Shown here one piece after another: positions 11,214-21,145 of a stretch of 64,000 bases of DNA. The notes under the pieces are model-generated. The model ran no database searches. It had not been told where the DNA came from and was given only the letters and a program-made list of their open reading frames with translations. Source of the stretch: an uncultured delta proteobacterium (GTDB taxonomy: Bacteria > Desulfobacterota > Binatia > UBA9968); the NCBI GenBank assembly GCA_963728565.1, contig CAVSLC010000003.1:64001-128000 (forward strand), given 5' to 3'. How positions within the stretch are numbered: the first letter of the stretch is position 1; each line of letters begins with the position of its first letter. The position numbers and the translations under genes were made by a program.

Positions 11214-11486
11214 ATGACCAAGGCAGACTTAATCGATTCATTAGCAAGACGCTCTGAGATGCCCCGACAAAAAGCAGAAGAAATTGTCAATGGATTTCTC
11301 GATGATATTGTTGCCGCTTTAAAGAACGGGGATAAAATAAATGTTTCCGGATTCGGAACTTTTTCGATCTCGGAGCGTAAAGGGCGAACCGGGAGAAACC
11401 CGAAGACCGGGGAAGCAATCGAAATCGCTCCTTCTAGGGTCGCTAAGTTCAAGGCCGGTAAGCTCTTAAAAGAGGCCCTCAGCTAG
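11214..11486 (+). CDS. hupB: HU family DNA-binding protein
   Basis: MTKADLI, GFGTF, GRNPKTGEAIEI; conserved position after lon. Confidence 0.9.
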   Translation: MTKADLIDSLARRSEMPRQKAEEIVNGFLDDIVAALKNGDKINVSGFGTFSISERKGRTGRNPKTGEAIEIAPSRVAKFKAGKLLKEALS

Positions 11487-11544
11487 AACACCCTATCGTG
11501 CAAATCCGCAGCTGGTGGTAGACACCAGAGGTAATCCGGAAGAG

Positions 11545-11619
11545 GGGCGGTTAGCTCAGCGGGAGAGCATCGGCCTTACAAGCCGGGGGCCACAGGTTCA
11601 AATCCTGTACCGCCCACCA
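11545..11619 (+). tRNA. tRNA-Val(TAC)
   Basis: Anticodon loop ctTACaa, CCA. Confidence 0.95.
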
Positions 11620-11636
11620 ATCGTAGTTAATCATTT

Positions 11637-11713
<77 letters not shown>

Positions 11714-11755
11714 TTTTTTCTCGAAGTGGCACAGAGATATTGCGAGGATTACAGT

Positions 11756-12181
11756 ATGAAAACCAAAGAAGCGCTTGCCCAACGAGAGTGGTACATCGTT
11801 GATGCGGATGGAAAAATCTTGGGCCGCATGGCTAGCGAGATCGCCAGGGTTCTGCGCGGTAAGAACAAGGTGATTTTCACTCCCAACGCGGACACCGGCG
11901 ATTTTGTCATCGTCATCAATGCTAAAGGTGTGAGGCTTTCGGGACACAAACTGGATGATAAGATCTATTATCGTCACACCAATTATCCTGGAGGAATTCG
12001 CTCCCGCACGGCCGCGGACCTTCTCGAGAACAAACCGGAGGATTTGATTCACTTAGCTGTTAAAGGAATGTTGCCCAAAAACCGTTTGGGTAGAAAATTA
12101 GCCGCCAAGCTCAAAGTGTATTCAGGCGCCGAGCATCCTCACGAAGCACAAAAACCAAAACCGCTGGCGATCCGAGCTTAG
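11756..12181 (+). CDS. rplM: 50S ribosomal protein L13
   Basis: [40 protein letters not shown]; SD GAGG before ATG 11756. Confidence 0.97.
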   Translation: MKTKEALAQREWYIVDADGKILGRMASEIARVLRGKNKVIFTPNADTGDFVIVINAKGVRLSGHKLDDKIYYRHTNYPGGIRSRTAADLLENKPEDLIHLAVKGMLPKNRLGRKLAAKLKVYSGAEHPHEAQKPKPLAIRA

Positions 12182-12192
12182 GAGGCTATCAA

Positions 12193-12585
12193 ATGGCAGA
12201 AAAAGTGATCACTGCAACAGGGAGACGAAAGACTTCTGTAGCTCGCGTCTTTTTACGTCTGGGAAAGGGCTCCATCGCCATCAATGATCGAACTCTCAAT
12301 GAGTATTTTGGCCGGGAGACTGCTCGCATGATTGTCATGCAGCCTTTCGAGCTAACTCAGACCACGGGTAATTATGACATCGAAGTCAATGTTAATGGAG
12401 GGGGTAGTTCAGGGCAAGCGGGTGCCATTCGTCATGGCATCACGCGAGCGCTCATGTTGCTCAATCCGGATTTTAGATCGTCGTTGAAAAAGGCCGGTTT
12501 TGTCACGCGTGATCCGCGCGGGGTAGAGCGCAAAAAGTACGGTCGACACAAGGCGCGAAAACGACCACAGTACTCAAAGCGTTAG
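12193..12585 (+). CDS. rpsI: 30S ribosomal protein S9
   Basis: [31 protein letters not shown]-terminus. Confidence 0.98.
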   Translation: MAEKVITATGRRKTSVARVFLRLGKGSIAINDRTLNEYFGRETARMIVMQPFELTQTTGNYDIEVNVNGGGSSGQAGAIRHGITRALMLLNPDFRSSLKKAGFVTRDPRGVERKKYGRHKARKRPQYSKR

Positions 12586-12601
12586 GCGAGTCAGAACGAA
12601 T

Positions 12602-12643
12602 TTCGAGCGCTTTTGCGCGATTTTGCGGCGCAAAAAGTTCGAA
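12602..12643. terminator. Inverted repeat between convergent rpsI and lptG (possible bidirectional terminator)
   Basis: tcgagc..ttttgcgc / gcgcaaaa..gttcga. Confidence 0.5.
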
Positions 12644-12714
12644 CGGGTTCGGTTTGTTTGAGATTCTACGGCAGGGTGGACAATCCACCACGCGTACATC
12701 AGTATACTTCCCTA

Positions 12715-13824
12715 CTATTCTTCAGCAGTGAAAAGATAAATCCCCAGGAGCGCGGATATCGAATTTGGCAACCACGCTGCGATTGTTGGCGGTAAGGCGC
12801 CGCTATGTCCCAGGGAAAAGCAGAAGGCGGAAAGCACCCAGTAACCAAAGGCGATCAGCATTGCGATGCCGAAACTCATGGCTAGCCCACCGCCAATGCG
12901 TCTTTTTAACGCGAGAGGAATTGCGATTAAAACCATCAGGGGCGAAATAAATGGAACTGCCAGCTTTACCTGTAAATCAACCTCATAAGCTGTGGCATCC
13001 ATGCCTTTGGCCTTCATTTCGACGATTTGTTTTTGCAGATCGAAGAACGTGAATTCTTCGGGATCCCGAGCGAGTAACATGAGGTCGCCGGGTGTTTCAG
13101 AGATCGTCGGCGGCGTGCTCACGATTCGTTGCTTGAGCTTTCCGTCCGATAGAAACTGCCATTCGATGCCACTTGGTGATTCCCATCGTTGTCTCACCCA
13201 GTGCGCTTTGGGAACCCCAATCGTAGACTGCAATGTAAAGTCGCGGCTTAGAACAAAGAATGTGATTCCCTCCAGAACATTGTTGCTTGGATCAAAGCTA
13301 TCTATATTGACAAAGCCACCCTCCCCACGGATCCAGATATCTTTTGTTCCGAATAGACTTTGTTGCTGTCTCTTCTTAATTTCAGTCTTATAGATAGTCT
13401 CGGCACGATGAGCGAAAACCGGTACCAGTCCTTCATTCCAGATGAAATTCGTCATGCAGATTAACAACGAGATACAAAGTAGCGGGAATGACAATCTTCG
13501 GGTGCTCAAACCGCCAGCCTGCATTGCTGTGATCTCCTGAGCTTTATAAAGCATTCCTAGGCAGAAGAGAGTCGAAAATAATGTGGCAAAACCGATCACC
13601 CGAGATATTGATAATGGAATTTTGTACAACACGTAGCGAAGTGCCGTGGTAACGGAAATTCCAGATTCCACTAACGTGCCGATCCGCTCAAAAAACTCGA
13701 TAATCGCAAAGATCGAAGTGAAACAAAGCAAACTAGCGACAAATACCCGGACAAAGCCGCTGGATATATAGCGATCAACGATGCTGCCAAATGGTAAAAG
13801 GGCAAATCGCGGCTTCTGTGGCAT
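12715..13824 (-). CDS. lptG: LPS export ABC transporter permease LptG
   Basis: IVDRYI N-terminus, EITAMQAGGLS, AAWLPN; follows lptF. Confidence 0.85.
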   Translation of the reverse strand: MPQKPRFALLPFGSIVDRYISSGFVRVFVASLLCFTSIFAIIEFFERIGTLVESGISVTTALRYVLYKIPLSISRVIGFATLFSTLFCLGMLYKAQEITAMQAGGLSTRRLSFPLLCISLLICMTNFIWNEGLVPVFAHRAETIYKTEIKKRQQQSLFGTKDIWIRGEGGFVNIDSFDPSNNVLEGITFFVLSRDFTLQSTIGVPKAHWVRQRWESPSGIEWQFLSDGKLKQRIVSTPPTISETPGDLMLLARDPEEFTFFDLQKQIVEMKAKGMDATAYEVDLQVKLAVPFISPLMVLIAIPLALKRRIGGGLAMSFGIAMLIAFGYWVLSAFCFSLGHSGALPPTIAAWLPNSISALLGIYLFTAEE

Positions 13825-13832
13825 GGTTTTAA

Positions 13833-15023
13833 TTAGCGGTTTTCGAATCTCGTCAGTCTCTGCCCGAGCCACAGAGATGCGGCGTCGAACCTGGTCTGCA
13901 ACAGTAATGGAGATTCGTAAAGCGCCTTCCGGAATAGATGCAATGAAATGACACCGACTATGATGTTTGGAAACCATAAGGCGACGAACGGGTGAAAAGC
14001 ACCCCTCTCTCCCAATGCCTTTCCCAGGGAGAGCAGAGCGTAATAGACCACGAGCCAGACGACGCATAAAGCCACTCCCCACGATCTATTGGCCCGTGAT
14101 GTGCGCGGTAGAAGCGATAGAGCGACACCTAGCAGACAGAACACGATAGGTGCAAAGGAGAACGCAATCCGTTGATGAAACTCCATCAGTTCAGGTCTGG
14201 CGTTTATGCCGGCAGCTTGCTTTTCCTCAATGGTTTTAAGCAGCCGATTTAAAGACATCTCCTTCGGTCCGGCATCTTTTATTTTTGCGGGTCCGATGAA
14301 TTCGTCCAAATCCAGCTTGAAATCGTAGATGTTGAAGTTAGTTTGGCTGAAGTCTGAGCGTGTTCGGTCTCGTTCATAGATGGAGCCATCGAACAATCTC
14401 AATGAGAGCGTATGGGTCTGTTCCTCGGTGTTGATCAGGCCGACCTTGCCCACGATGATATTGTCCCTCGCGGTCTCCCGTTTGTCGATGATTAGAATGC
14501 CTTGCCCAACATTGCCAGGAGGTATTATCTCTTCGACATAGATCAATATGTTTGGAAAGTCATCGTTGAACACCTTCTCCCTGAGGGCTGTTCCAACGCG
14601 AGTCTTAGCGAGGTTGTAAAGTTCGTCTTTAAGAGCCACTTGCGCCGCCGGTCTCACCCAGGTTGTGAGGAGAAAGGTAATGATGGCGACACTCGCCGCC
14701 ACAAAAACAAGGGGTAGCAGAATCTGCACCGGACTTACTCCGGATGATTTCAGGGCGAGAAGCTCCTGATCGCCTGATAGTCTGCCGAGTCCCAAGAGAA
14801 TGGCTAAAAGAAACGCCATGGGAAGGGTTAATTCTAAGAACGTTGGCAGAATCAAGACAAGTAGTCTTCCGACTTGGGTCAGGGGTATGCCACGAGTTAC
14901 GATAAGTTCGACCAACTTTAAAATTCTTGCGATCAGAAGAATGAAAGTGAAAGTGAGTAGCCCGAGCAAGAATGGCGGGAGAATTTCCGAAAGAAGATAA
15001 CAAGTAAGAGTTCTGCGCTTCAC
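13833..15023 (-). CDS. lptF: LPS export ABC transporter permease LptF
   Basis: YLLSEILPPF, LPMAFLLAILLGLGRLSGDQELLALKSSGVS, LWFPNI; start uncertain (15023 or 15071). Confidence 0.85.
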   Translation of the reverse strand: MKRRTLTCYLLSEILPPFLLGLLTFTFILLIARILKLVELIVTRGIPLTQVGRLLVLILPTFLELTLPMAFLLAILLGLGRLSGDQELLALKSSGVSPVQILLPLVFVAASVAIITFLLTTWVRPAAQVALKDELYNLAKTRVGTALREKVFNDDFPNILIYVEEIIPPGNVGQGILIIDKRETARDNIIVGKVGLINTEEQTHTLSLRLFDGSIYERDRTRSDFSQTNFNIYDFKLDLDEFIGPAKIKDAGPKEMSLNRLLKTIEEKQAAGINARPELMEFHQRIAFSFAPIVFCLLGVALSLLPRTSRANRSWGVALCVVWLVVYYALLSLGKALGERGAFHPFVALWFPNIIVGVISLHLFRKALYESPLLLQTRFDAASLWLGQRLTRFENR

Positions 15024-15088
15024 AACCTTTTCATGGTAACCGGTGATTCTTTTGTTGTAAACGACAGGCACGCTTCTAATAGAACGAT

Positions 15089-15853
15089 ATGGAGCAGGAT
15101 CTAATATTCGGTGTCAATCCTATTCTAGAGAAGCTCAGGGTTGCGCCGGAAGAGATCTCCAAGATTCTACTTGCCCGGGGCCCGCTACGACCAACTCTTA
15201 AATCACTGGAAACGGAAGCGCTGAAACTTCAGATAGAGATACAGTTCGTAGACGCTAAAGAGCTCGATCATTTGGCGCACGGGCAAAACCATCAAGGTGC
15301 TCTAGCGCGAGTCCGAGCGTATTCGTACGCACCTTTCTCGGAATTAGAAAGTACCACCTCTGAGGCACGTTCTCAGATGGTTCTGATACTGGATGGCATT
15401 ACCGATCCGAGAAACTTCGGAGCGATTCTGCGCACCGCCGAAGCTGTAGGCGCCCGCAATGTCATCATCCCCAAGGATCGTTCGGTGCGGATAACGCCAG
15501 TAGTTCTCAAGGCCTCCGCAGGAGCTGTTAATCACTTGCGAATCTATCGGTTGACGAATCTGCGACGCGCCTTGATGTCACTAAAAAGCTCAGGATTCTG
15601 GATCGTTGGCTTAGATGCAAACGCCAGGGAGACTTATGACAGTAAAGAGTACCCGAACAAGCTCGGAATCGTTCTAGGTAGCGAGGGCCGGGGTCTTCGT
15701 CCTTTGATCACTAAGCAATGCGACTATCTCGTGCGCATTCCGATGAAAGGCAAGATTTCGAGTCTCAATGTTTCAGTTGCCGCGGCCATCTTGTTGTACG
15801 AGGTGTCGCGGCAGCACAGCGGCATTGACAAGGGTAAACCCGACGGATATTAG
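15089..15853 (+). CDS. rlmB: 23S rRNA (Gm2251) 2'-O-methyltransferase, TrmH/SpoU family
   Basis: HQGA, LDGITDPRNFGAILR, GSEGRGL, IPMKGKISSLNVSVA. Confidence 0.93.
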   Translation: MEQDLIFGVNPILEKLRVAPEEISKILLARGPLRPTLKSLETEALKLQIEIQFVDAKELDHLAHGQNHQGALARVRAYSYAPFSELESTTSEARSQMVLILDGITDPRNFGAILRTAEAVGARNVIIPKDRSVRITPVVLKASAGAVNHLRIYRLTNLRRALMSLKSSGFWIVGLDANARETYDSKEYPNKLGIVLGSEGRGLRPLITKQCDYLVRIPMKGKISSLNVSVAAAILLYEVSRQHSGIDKGKPDGY

Positions 15854-15916
15854 GAGTTTGGTGGGGCGGGACCTATGGCGAGCCTGTTGACATCATAGAT
15901 CGAAGATGGTTTAAAT
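15825..15916 (+). promoter_or_regulatory. Two tandem putative sigma70 promoters for the tRNA-tuf supercluster
   Basis: TTGACA(15825)-17-TATTAG and TTGACA(15887)-18-TTAAAT. Confidence 0.45.
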
Positions 15917-16079
15917 ACCCGTTTGCGGAAGTGGTATGACCTCTTTGCCGTCGTTGTCCGTTGCGTATCAAGAACTTACTACTAATAGCTTGTTAACCAA
16001 ATAGCGCTGAAGCGGTCGTTGCCGTTGTGATGTAGCCGTTTGATGCCTCATCTTATTGGTACGGACCGGTCACTGCGAC

Positions 16080-16154
16080 GCTGGCGTAGCTCAACGGCAG
16101 AGCAGCTGATTTGTAATCAGCAGGTTGTAGGTTCAAGTCCTATCGCCAGCTCCA
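16080..16154 (+). tRNA. tRNA-Thr(TGT)
   Basis: Anticodon arm gctga-ttTGTaa-tcagc, CCA. Confidence 0.95.
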
Positions 16155-16240
16155 GCCAAGCATCCGATGTTAACCTGGCGGCGAGGGATTTGCCGTTCGG
16201 GAATCGCAGTGGGATTGCGGCAAACATACTGCTAATAATC

Positions 16241-16325
<85 letters not shown>

Positions 16326-16331
16326 TTTTTG

Positions 16332-16407
16332 GCGGGAATAGCTCAGTTGGTAGAGCGCGAGCCTTCCAAGCTCGGGGTCGCGGGTTCGAGTCCCGTTTCC
16401 CGCTCCA
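16332..16407 (+). tRNA. tRNA-Gly(TCC)
   Basis: Anticodon arm cgagc-ctTCCaa-gctcg, CCA. Confidence 0.95.
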
Positions 16408-16487
16408 ATTCGCATGGGCGGCAGCCAAAATATCGGATGGTTCGATCCCTGAAATTAGGCCATCAGCCAAAAGTAATCGACTGATAT

Positions 16488-16560
16488 GCCCAGGTAGCTC
16501 AGTCGGTAGAGCACGTCCTTGGTAAGGACGAGGTCAGCGGTTCGATCCCGCTCCTGGGCT
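16488..16560 (+). tRNA. tRNA-Thr(GGT), CCA not encoded
   Basis: Anticodon arm cgtcc-ttGGTaa-ggacg; classic Thr-Tyr-Gly-Thr array before tuf. Confidence 0.93.
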
Positions 16561-16624
16561 TGGTCCCCGTTCATTTTCGAGCACGATAAAGTCAATTGAT
16601 TGGCAAATCAATCAGGAGGAAGAG

Positions 16625-17815
16625 ATGAGCAAGCAAAAGTTTGAGCGCAAAAAGCCGCACCTTAACATCGGAACCATCGGCCACGTAGACCACGGTAAAA
16701 CTACTTTAACTGCGGCCATCACGAAGGTTCTCTCCAAGCAGGGCAAGGCGCAGTTTCTTGCCTATGATCAAATCGATAAGGCGCCGGAAGAAAGAGAAAG
16801 GGGCGTTACGATTAATATAGCTCACGTGGAGTATGAGACTGACAAGCGTCATTATGCACATGTCGACTGCCCTGGACATGCGGACTACGTGAAAAATATG
16901 ATCACTGGAGCGGCGCAGATGGATGGAGCGATTCTAGTGGTTTCAGCCGCCGACGGGCCGATGCCGCAAACCCGCGAGCATATCCTGCTGGCGCGCCAAG
17001 TCGGTGTTCCCGGTATAGTTGTTTACCTTAACAAAGCCGACATGGTTGACGACAAGGAATTGCTAGAACTGGTAGAGCTCGAAGTTCGAGAGCTGCTCTC
17101 GAAATATAAATTCCCCGGCGACGAAGTTCCGATAGTGATCGGTAGTGCTCTAAAGGCTTTAGAGGGAGACGCCTCCGACATAGGTGAAGGGTCTATCATA
17201 AAGCTCATGGAAGCTGTTGACTCTTTCATCAAAGAGCCCACTAGAGACGTCGACAAGCCATTTATCATGCCGGTCGAGGACGTTTTCACAATCAGCGGTC
17301 GAGGCACAGTTGTGACCGGCCGAGTCGAGCGCGGCGTCGTCAAAGTCGGAGAAGAGATTGAAATTGTCGGCTTTAAGCCGACGCAAAAAACGGTAGCGAC
17401 CGGGATCGAAATGTTCCGCAAACTTCTGGACGAAGGTCGGGCCGGCGATAATATTGGGGTGCTGCTACGCGGCACCAAGCGTGAAGAGGTTGAGCGAGGT
17501 CAGGTATTGGCGAAGCCCGCGAGCATAACCCCGCATACAAAGTTTAATGCTGAGGCTTATGTTCTAACGAAAGAAGAAGGTGGTCGACACACGCCGTTTT
17601 TCAATGGATACCGGCCGCAATTCTACTTCCGCACAACAGATGTTACCGGTGTCGTGAAACTGCCGGAAGGAACAGAGATGGTTATGCCCGGCGACAACAT
17701 CAACGTCGAGATCGAGCTCATTACTCCCGTCGCTATGGACGAAGGGTTGAAGTTTGCGATTCGAGAGGGCGGTCGGACCGTTGGCGCCGGGGTTGTCACA
17801 AAGATCATGCAGTAA
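16625..17815 (+). CDS. tuf: Elongation factor Tu
   Basis: [28 protein letters not shown]. Confidence 0.99.
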   Translation: MSKQKFERKKPHLNIGTIGHVDHGKTTLTAAITKVLSKQGKAQFLAYDQIDKAPEERERGVTINIAHVEYETDKRHYAHVDCPGHADYVKNMITGAAQMDGAILVVSAADGPMPQTREHILLARQVGVPGIVVYLNKADMVDDKELLELVELEVRELLSKYKFPGDEVPIVIGSALKALEGDASDIGEGSIIKLMEAVDSFIKEPTRDVDKPFIMPVEDVFTISGRGTVVTGRVERGVVKVGEEIEIVGFKPTQKTVATGIEMFRKLLDEGRAGDNIGVLLRGTKREEVERGQVLAKPASITPHTKFNAEAYVLTKEEGGRHTPFFNGYRPQFYFRTTDVTGVVKLPEGTEMVMPGDNINVEIELITPVAMDEGLKFAIREGGRTVGAGVVTKIMQ

Positions 17816-17839
17816 CTTGGGTCAAAGGGGGGCGCACTC

Positions 17840-17992
17840 ATGCGGGATATCGTAGGGTTTGCTTGTGACCAATGTAAGCGAAAGAATTACACCTCGACGA
17901 AGAACAAGAAAAAAACCACCGATAAACTTTCTTTTAAGAAATTTTGCGCTTCGTGTCGATCTCATACAGTTCATCGAGAGATCAAGGTCTAA
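17840..17992 (+). CDS. rpmG: 50S ribosomal protein L33 (Zn-binding form; not in ORF track)
   Basis: Manual translation MRDIVGFACDQCKRKNYTSTKNKKKTTDKLSFKKFCASCRSHTVHREIKV. Confidence 0.95.
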   Translation: MRDIVGFACDQCKRKNYTSTKNKKKTTDKLSFKKFCASCRSHTVHREIKV

Positions 17993-18002
17993 CGATTACC
18001 GG

Positions 18003-18080
18003 GGGTCAGTAGCTCCAACTGGCTAGAGCTCCGGACTCCAAATCCGGCTGTTGCAGGTTCGAATCCTGCCTGACCCGCCA
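18003..18080 (+). tRNA. tRNA-Trp(CCA)
   Basis: Anticodon arm ccgga-ctCCAaa-tccgg; typical position between rpmG and secE. Confidence 0.93.
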
Positions 18081-18097
18081 CCAATGCATCATTAGCC

Positions 18098-18313
18098 ATG
18101 GCAGATTGGATTCAAAAAGTTCAGGATACTTTTGGCCATACGGTCGAGTTTGTAAAAGAATCCTGGCAGGAGCTGCAGAAGGTCCATTGGCCTTCGCGGA
18201 AGGAAACTTACGCCGCGACTGCGCTCGTTATTATCGTGGTCGTGCTGGTGTCGGTTTACTTGGCGATCATAGACTTAGGCTTGACCACAGTGATCCAGGC
18301 TATCATCGATTAA
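18098..18313 (+). CDS. secE: Preprotein translocase subunit SecE
   Basis: ELQKVHWPSRKET followed by a TM helix. Confidence 0.95.
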   Translation: MADWIQKVQDTFGHTVEFVKESWQELQKVHWPSRKETYAATALVIIVVVLVSVYLAIIDLGLTTVIQAIID

Positions 18314-18329
18314 CTCTGCGAGCTCTCCT

Positions 18330-18860
18330 ATGGCAAAGCAATGGTATATCGTTCACACCTTCTCGGGTTTTGAACAGAAGGCGAAAGCAGCTCTCGAGGA
18401 GCGGGTAAGGACTCTCGGTAAACAGGAGTACTTCGGTGAAATCCTTGTGCCGGTTGAAAAGGTCGTTGAGCTCGTCAAAGGGAAGAAAAAAACTTCCTCA
18501 AGAAAATTCTTTCCAGGTTACATTCTGGTTCAAATGGAACTCAATGACGATACTTGGCATGTGGTGAAGGAGACACCGAAAATTACTGGGTTTGTTGGTG
18601 GCAGCACGAATCCGCCGTCGATTTCGGAGGAGGAAGTTCGAGCGATTACTCTTCAAATGGAAGAGGGCGCAATCAAACCCAAGCCGCGGGTGCTATTTTC
18701 GGTTGGTGAGAACGTTAAAGTTGTCGACGGTCCATTTGCAGATTTCAACGGGGTTGTTGAAGAAGTTAGACCCGATAAAGGCAAGCTTCGGGTGCTCATC
18801 AGTATCTTTGGACGAGCCACTCCTGTCGAGTTGGAATTCGTTCAGGTTGAGCGGAACTAG
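18330..18860 (+). CDS. nusG: Transcription termination/antitermination factor NusG
   Basis: WYIVHTFSGFE, FFPGYILV, KOW motif, IFGRATPVEL. Confidence 0.98.
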   Translation: MAKQWYIVHTFSGFEQKAKAALEERVRTLGKQEYFGEILVPVEKVVELVKGKKKTSSRKFFPGYILVQMELNDDTWHVVKETPKITGFVGGSTNPPSISEEEVRAITLQMEEGAIKPKPRVLFSVGENVKVVDGPFADFNGVVEEVRPDKGKLRVLISIFGRATPVELEFVQVERN

Positions 18861-18876
18861 TTAACAGGGACATTAA

Positions 18877-19302
18877 ATGGCCAAAAAAGTCATCGCAGAA
18901 ATCAAGTTGCAGATCCCCGCTGGGGCAGCCAATCCGAGCCCTCCCGTCGGGCCCGCATTGGGGCAGCGTGGGGTTAATATCATGGAATTCTGCAAGGCCT
19001 TCAATGCTGCGACTCAATCCCAGCAGGGTATGATCACTCCGGTGATTATTACAGTTTATGCGGACCGATCTTTCACCTTTGTCACGAAGACGCCGCCGGC
19101 TTCTGTACTACTAAAAAAGGCTGCGGGCGTGGAGAAAGGTTCCAAGGAACCGGGCAAGACTAAAGTTGGGAAAGTTACTCGGGCGCAAGTTCGGCAGATT
19201 GCGGAGTTGAAGCTCAAGGATTTGACGGCTAACGATTTGGCCGCGGCCGAGAAGTCAGTTGAAGGTACTGCTCGCAGCCTTGGTCTCGACGTTGAGGGAT
19301 GA
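18877..19302 (+). CDS. rplK: 50S ribosomal protein L11
   Basis: [26 protein letters not shown]. Confidence 0.98.
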   Translation: MAKKVIAEIKLQIPAGAANPSPPVGPALGQRGVNIMEFCKAFNAATQSQQGMITPVIITVYADRSFTFVTKTPPASVLLKKAAGVEKGSKEPGKTKVGKVTRAQVRQIAELKLKDLTANDLAAAEKSVEGTARSLGLDVEG

Positions 19303-19365
19303 TTCAGAGCGGCGCAGTCACTCGATTTGAATCCGTCTGCTTCGAAGCTTTAGGAGGGGGGACAA

Positions 19366-20070
19366 ATGAGCGGTTTTGGAAAATCATATCGCGCGGCGTT
19401 GGCCAAGATAGATCGTAGTCACCGCTATCAATTGGACGACGGTGTTAAGCTTGTACGAGAAACCGCCCGGGCAAAGTTTGATGAGACTGTTGAGTTCGCC
19501 ATCCGCTTGGGGGTTGATCCGCGGCAAGCGGATCAAAATGTAAGGGGAACCGTGACATTGCCACACGGTATGGGCAAGGCCGTTAGGGTGCTCGCTTTCG
19601 CCAAGGGAGAAAAGGAAAAAGAAGCGCAGGAAGCCGGAGCTGATTTCGTCGGAAGCGATGAACTTATTAAAAAGATCAGCGAGGGGTGGTTCGATTTCGA
19701 TAAAGCTGTAGCGACTCCGGATATGATGGCGGCAGTCGGTCGGATCGGTAAGGTGTTGGGGCCACGTGGCCTCATGCCTAATCCTAAGACCGGTACGGTC
19801 TCGGCCGATATTGCACGTGCCGTTAAAGAGATCAAGGCCGGTAAATTGGAGTTTAGAGTCGATAAAGCAGGAATAGTTCATGTTCCCGTGGGTAAGGCTT
19901 CTTTCGAGCCTGAGAAGCTTATAGACAATGCCAGAGCCGTGCTCTCAGCAATTCTCCGAGCCAAACCTGCCTCAGCTAAAGGCAACTACATTCGCGGGGT
20001 GACGCTATCAACAACCATGGGGCCAGGAGTCAAAATCGACCTGTCGCAGGTTCGGGCTATGGCTGCCTAG
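19366..20070 (+). CDS. rplA: 50S ribosomal protein L1
   Basis: [29 protein letters not shown]. Confidence 0.98.
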   Translation: MSGFGKSYRAALAKIDRSHRYQLDDGVKLVRETARAKFDETVEFAIRLGVDPRQADQNVRGTVTLPHGMGKAVRVLAFAKGEKEKEAQEAGADFVGSDELIKKISEGWFDFDKAVATPDMMAAVGRIGKVLGPRGLMPNPKTGTVSADIARAVKEIKAGKLEFRVDKAGIVHVPVGKASFEPEKLIDNARAVLSAILRAKPASAKGNYIRGVTLSTTMGPGVKIDLSQVRAMAA

Positions 20071-20116
20071 ATCTGTTCTTCAGCCAAATTTCAAGCCAAA
20101 GGGGATCGGGAGACGC

Positions 20117-20659
20117 ATGGCGGAGTTAGAAGCTGCACGCGCGAGTCACGGCGAAAAAGCCGAGACAGTAGCGGCTGTGCATGAAAAATTTAGGAAGGCA
20201 AAGATGGCGATCGCGACTGAGTATCGTGGTCTTTCGGTCGGTAAGATGACGCAGCTGCGGCGCGAGATTCGCGATGTCGCAGGGGAATATCAGGTTATCA
20301 AAAATACCCTCGTTCGCCGGGCTCTTAAAGATACCGCTTACGGCGAATTGGAACGAATGCTCGAGGGTCCCAATGGATGGGTGTTCGCATATGACGATCC
20401 GGTCCTGCTTTCTAAAACGCTCGTCAAGTTTGTCGATGCCAATGAAAAAATGACGATCAAGGGGGCAATGTTCGAGGGCGAGCTAATGGATCCTGCTCGG
20501 GTCAAAGTTCTCTCACAAATGCCCAGTAAACCTGAGCTGCAGGCGACGTTGCTCGCGCTGATACAGGGGCCAGCGACTTACTTGCTTCGCCTCATTCAAG
20601 AACCTGGATCTCGGATGGTCAGATTGCTCGATGCGGCAGCGAAGGCAAAAGCCGAGTAA
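20117..20659 (+). CDS. rplJ: 50S ribosomal protein L10
   Basis: EYRGLSV, VIKNTLVRRAL; position between rplA and rplL. Confidence 0.95.
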   Translation: MAELEAARASHGEKAETVAAVHEKFRKAKMAIATEYRGLSVGKMTQLRREIRDVAGEYQVIKNTLVRRALKDTAYGELERMLEGPNGWVFAYDDPVLLSKTLVKFVDANEKMTIKGAMFEGELMDPARVKVLSQMPSKPELQATLLALIQGPATYLLRLIQEPGSRMVRLLDAAAKAKAE

Positions 20660-20701
20660 TTACAACGATCGGTGTGGATTTAATTAAAAGGGGGACGTTT
20701 T

Positions 20702-21079
20702 ATGGCAGAGGTATCTAGGGAACAGGTTAAGGATTACATTAAGAACATGACGCTGCTGGACGCTGCGACTCTGGTCAAGGAACTCGAAGAAGAGCTCGGC
20801 GTCAGTGCGGCGGCGCCTGTGGCCGTGGCTGCGGCAGCTAGTGGCCCGGCGGCAGCGGCGGAAGAGAAAACCGAATTTGATGTTGTTCTTACAGAAGCGG
20901 GCGAAAAGAAAATCCAAGTGATCAAGGTTGTCCGAGAGCTCACCGGTCTCGGTTTGAAAGAGGCGAAAGATCTTGTCGATGGCGCGCCCAAGAACGTCAA
21001 AGAGGGCGTTGCAAAAGCCGAGGCTGAGACGATCAAGAAAAAGCTCGAGGAACAGGGCGCCAAGGTCGACATCAAATAG
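20702..21079 (+). CDS. rplL: 50S ribosomal protein L7/L12
   Basis: [31 protein letters not shown]. Confidence 0.98.
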   Translation: MAEVSREQVKDYIKNMTLLDAATLVKELEEELGVSAAAPVAVAAAASGPAAAAEEKTEFDVVLTEAGEKKIQVIKVVRELTGLGLKEAKDLVDGAPKNVKEGVAKAEAETIKKKLEEQGAKVDIK

Positions 21080-21145
21080 CGCACCAGCACCGGGAGATCC
21101 TGTCAGTGAATCGGAAGTATTGTTTAGATCGCTAAAGGAGAAACA

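Noticed and set aside
16488-16563. tRNA-Thr(GGT) lacking an encoded CCA as a pseudogene
   Set aside because: The cloverleaf is intact; CCA is commonly added post-transcriptionally.
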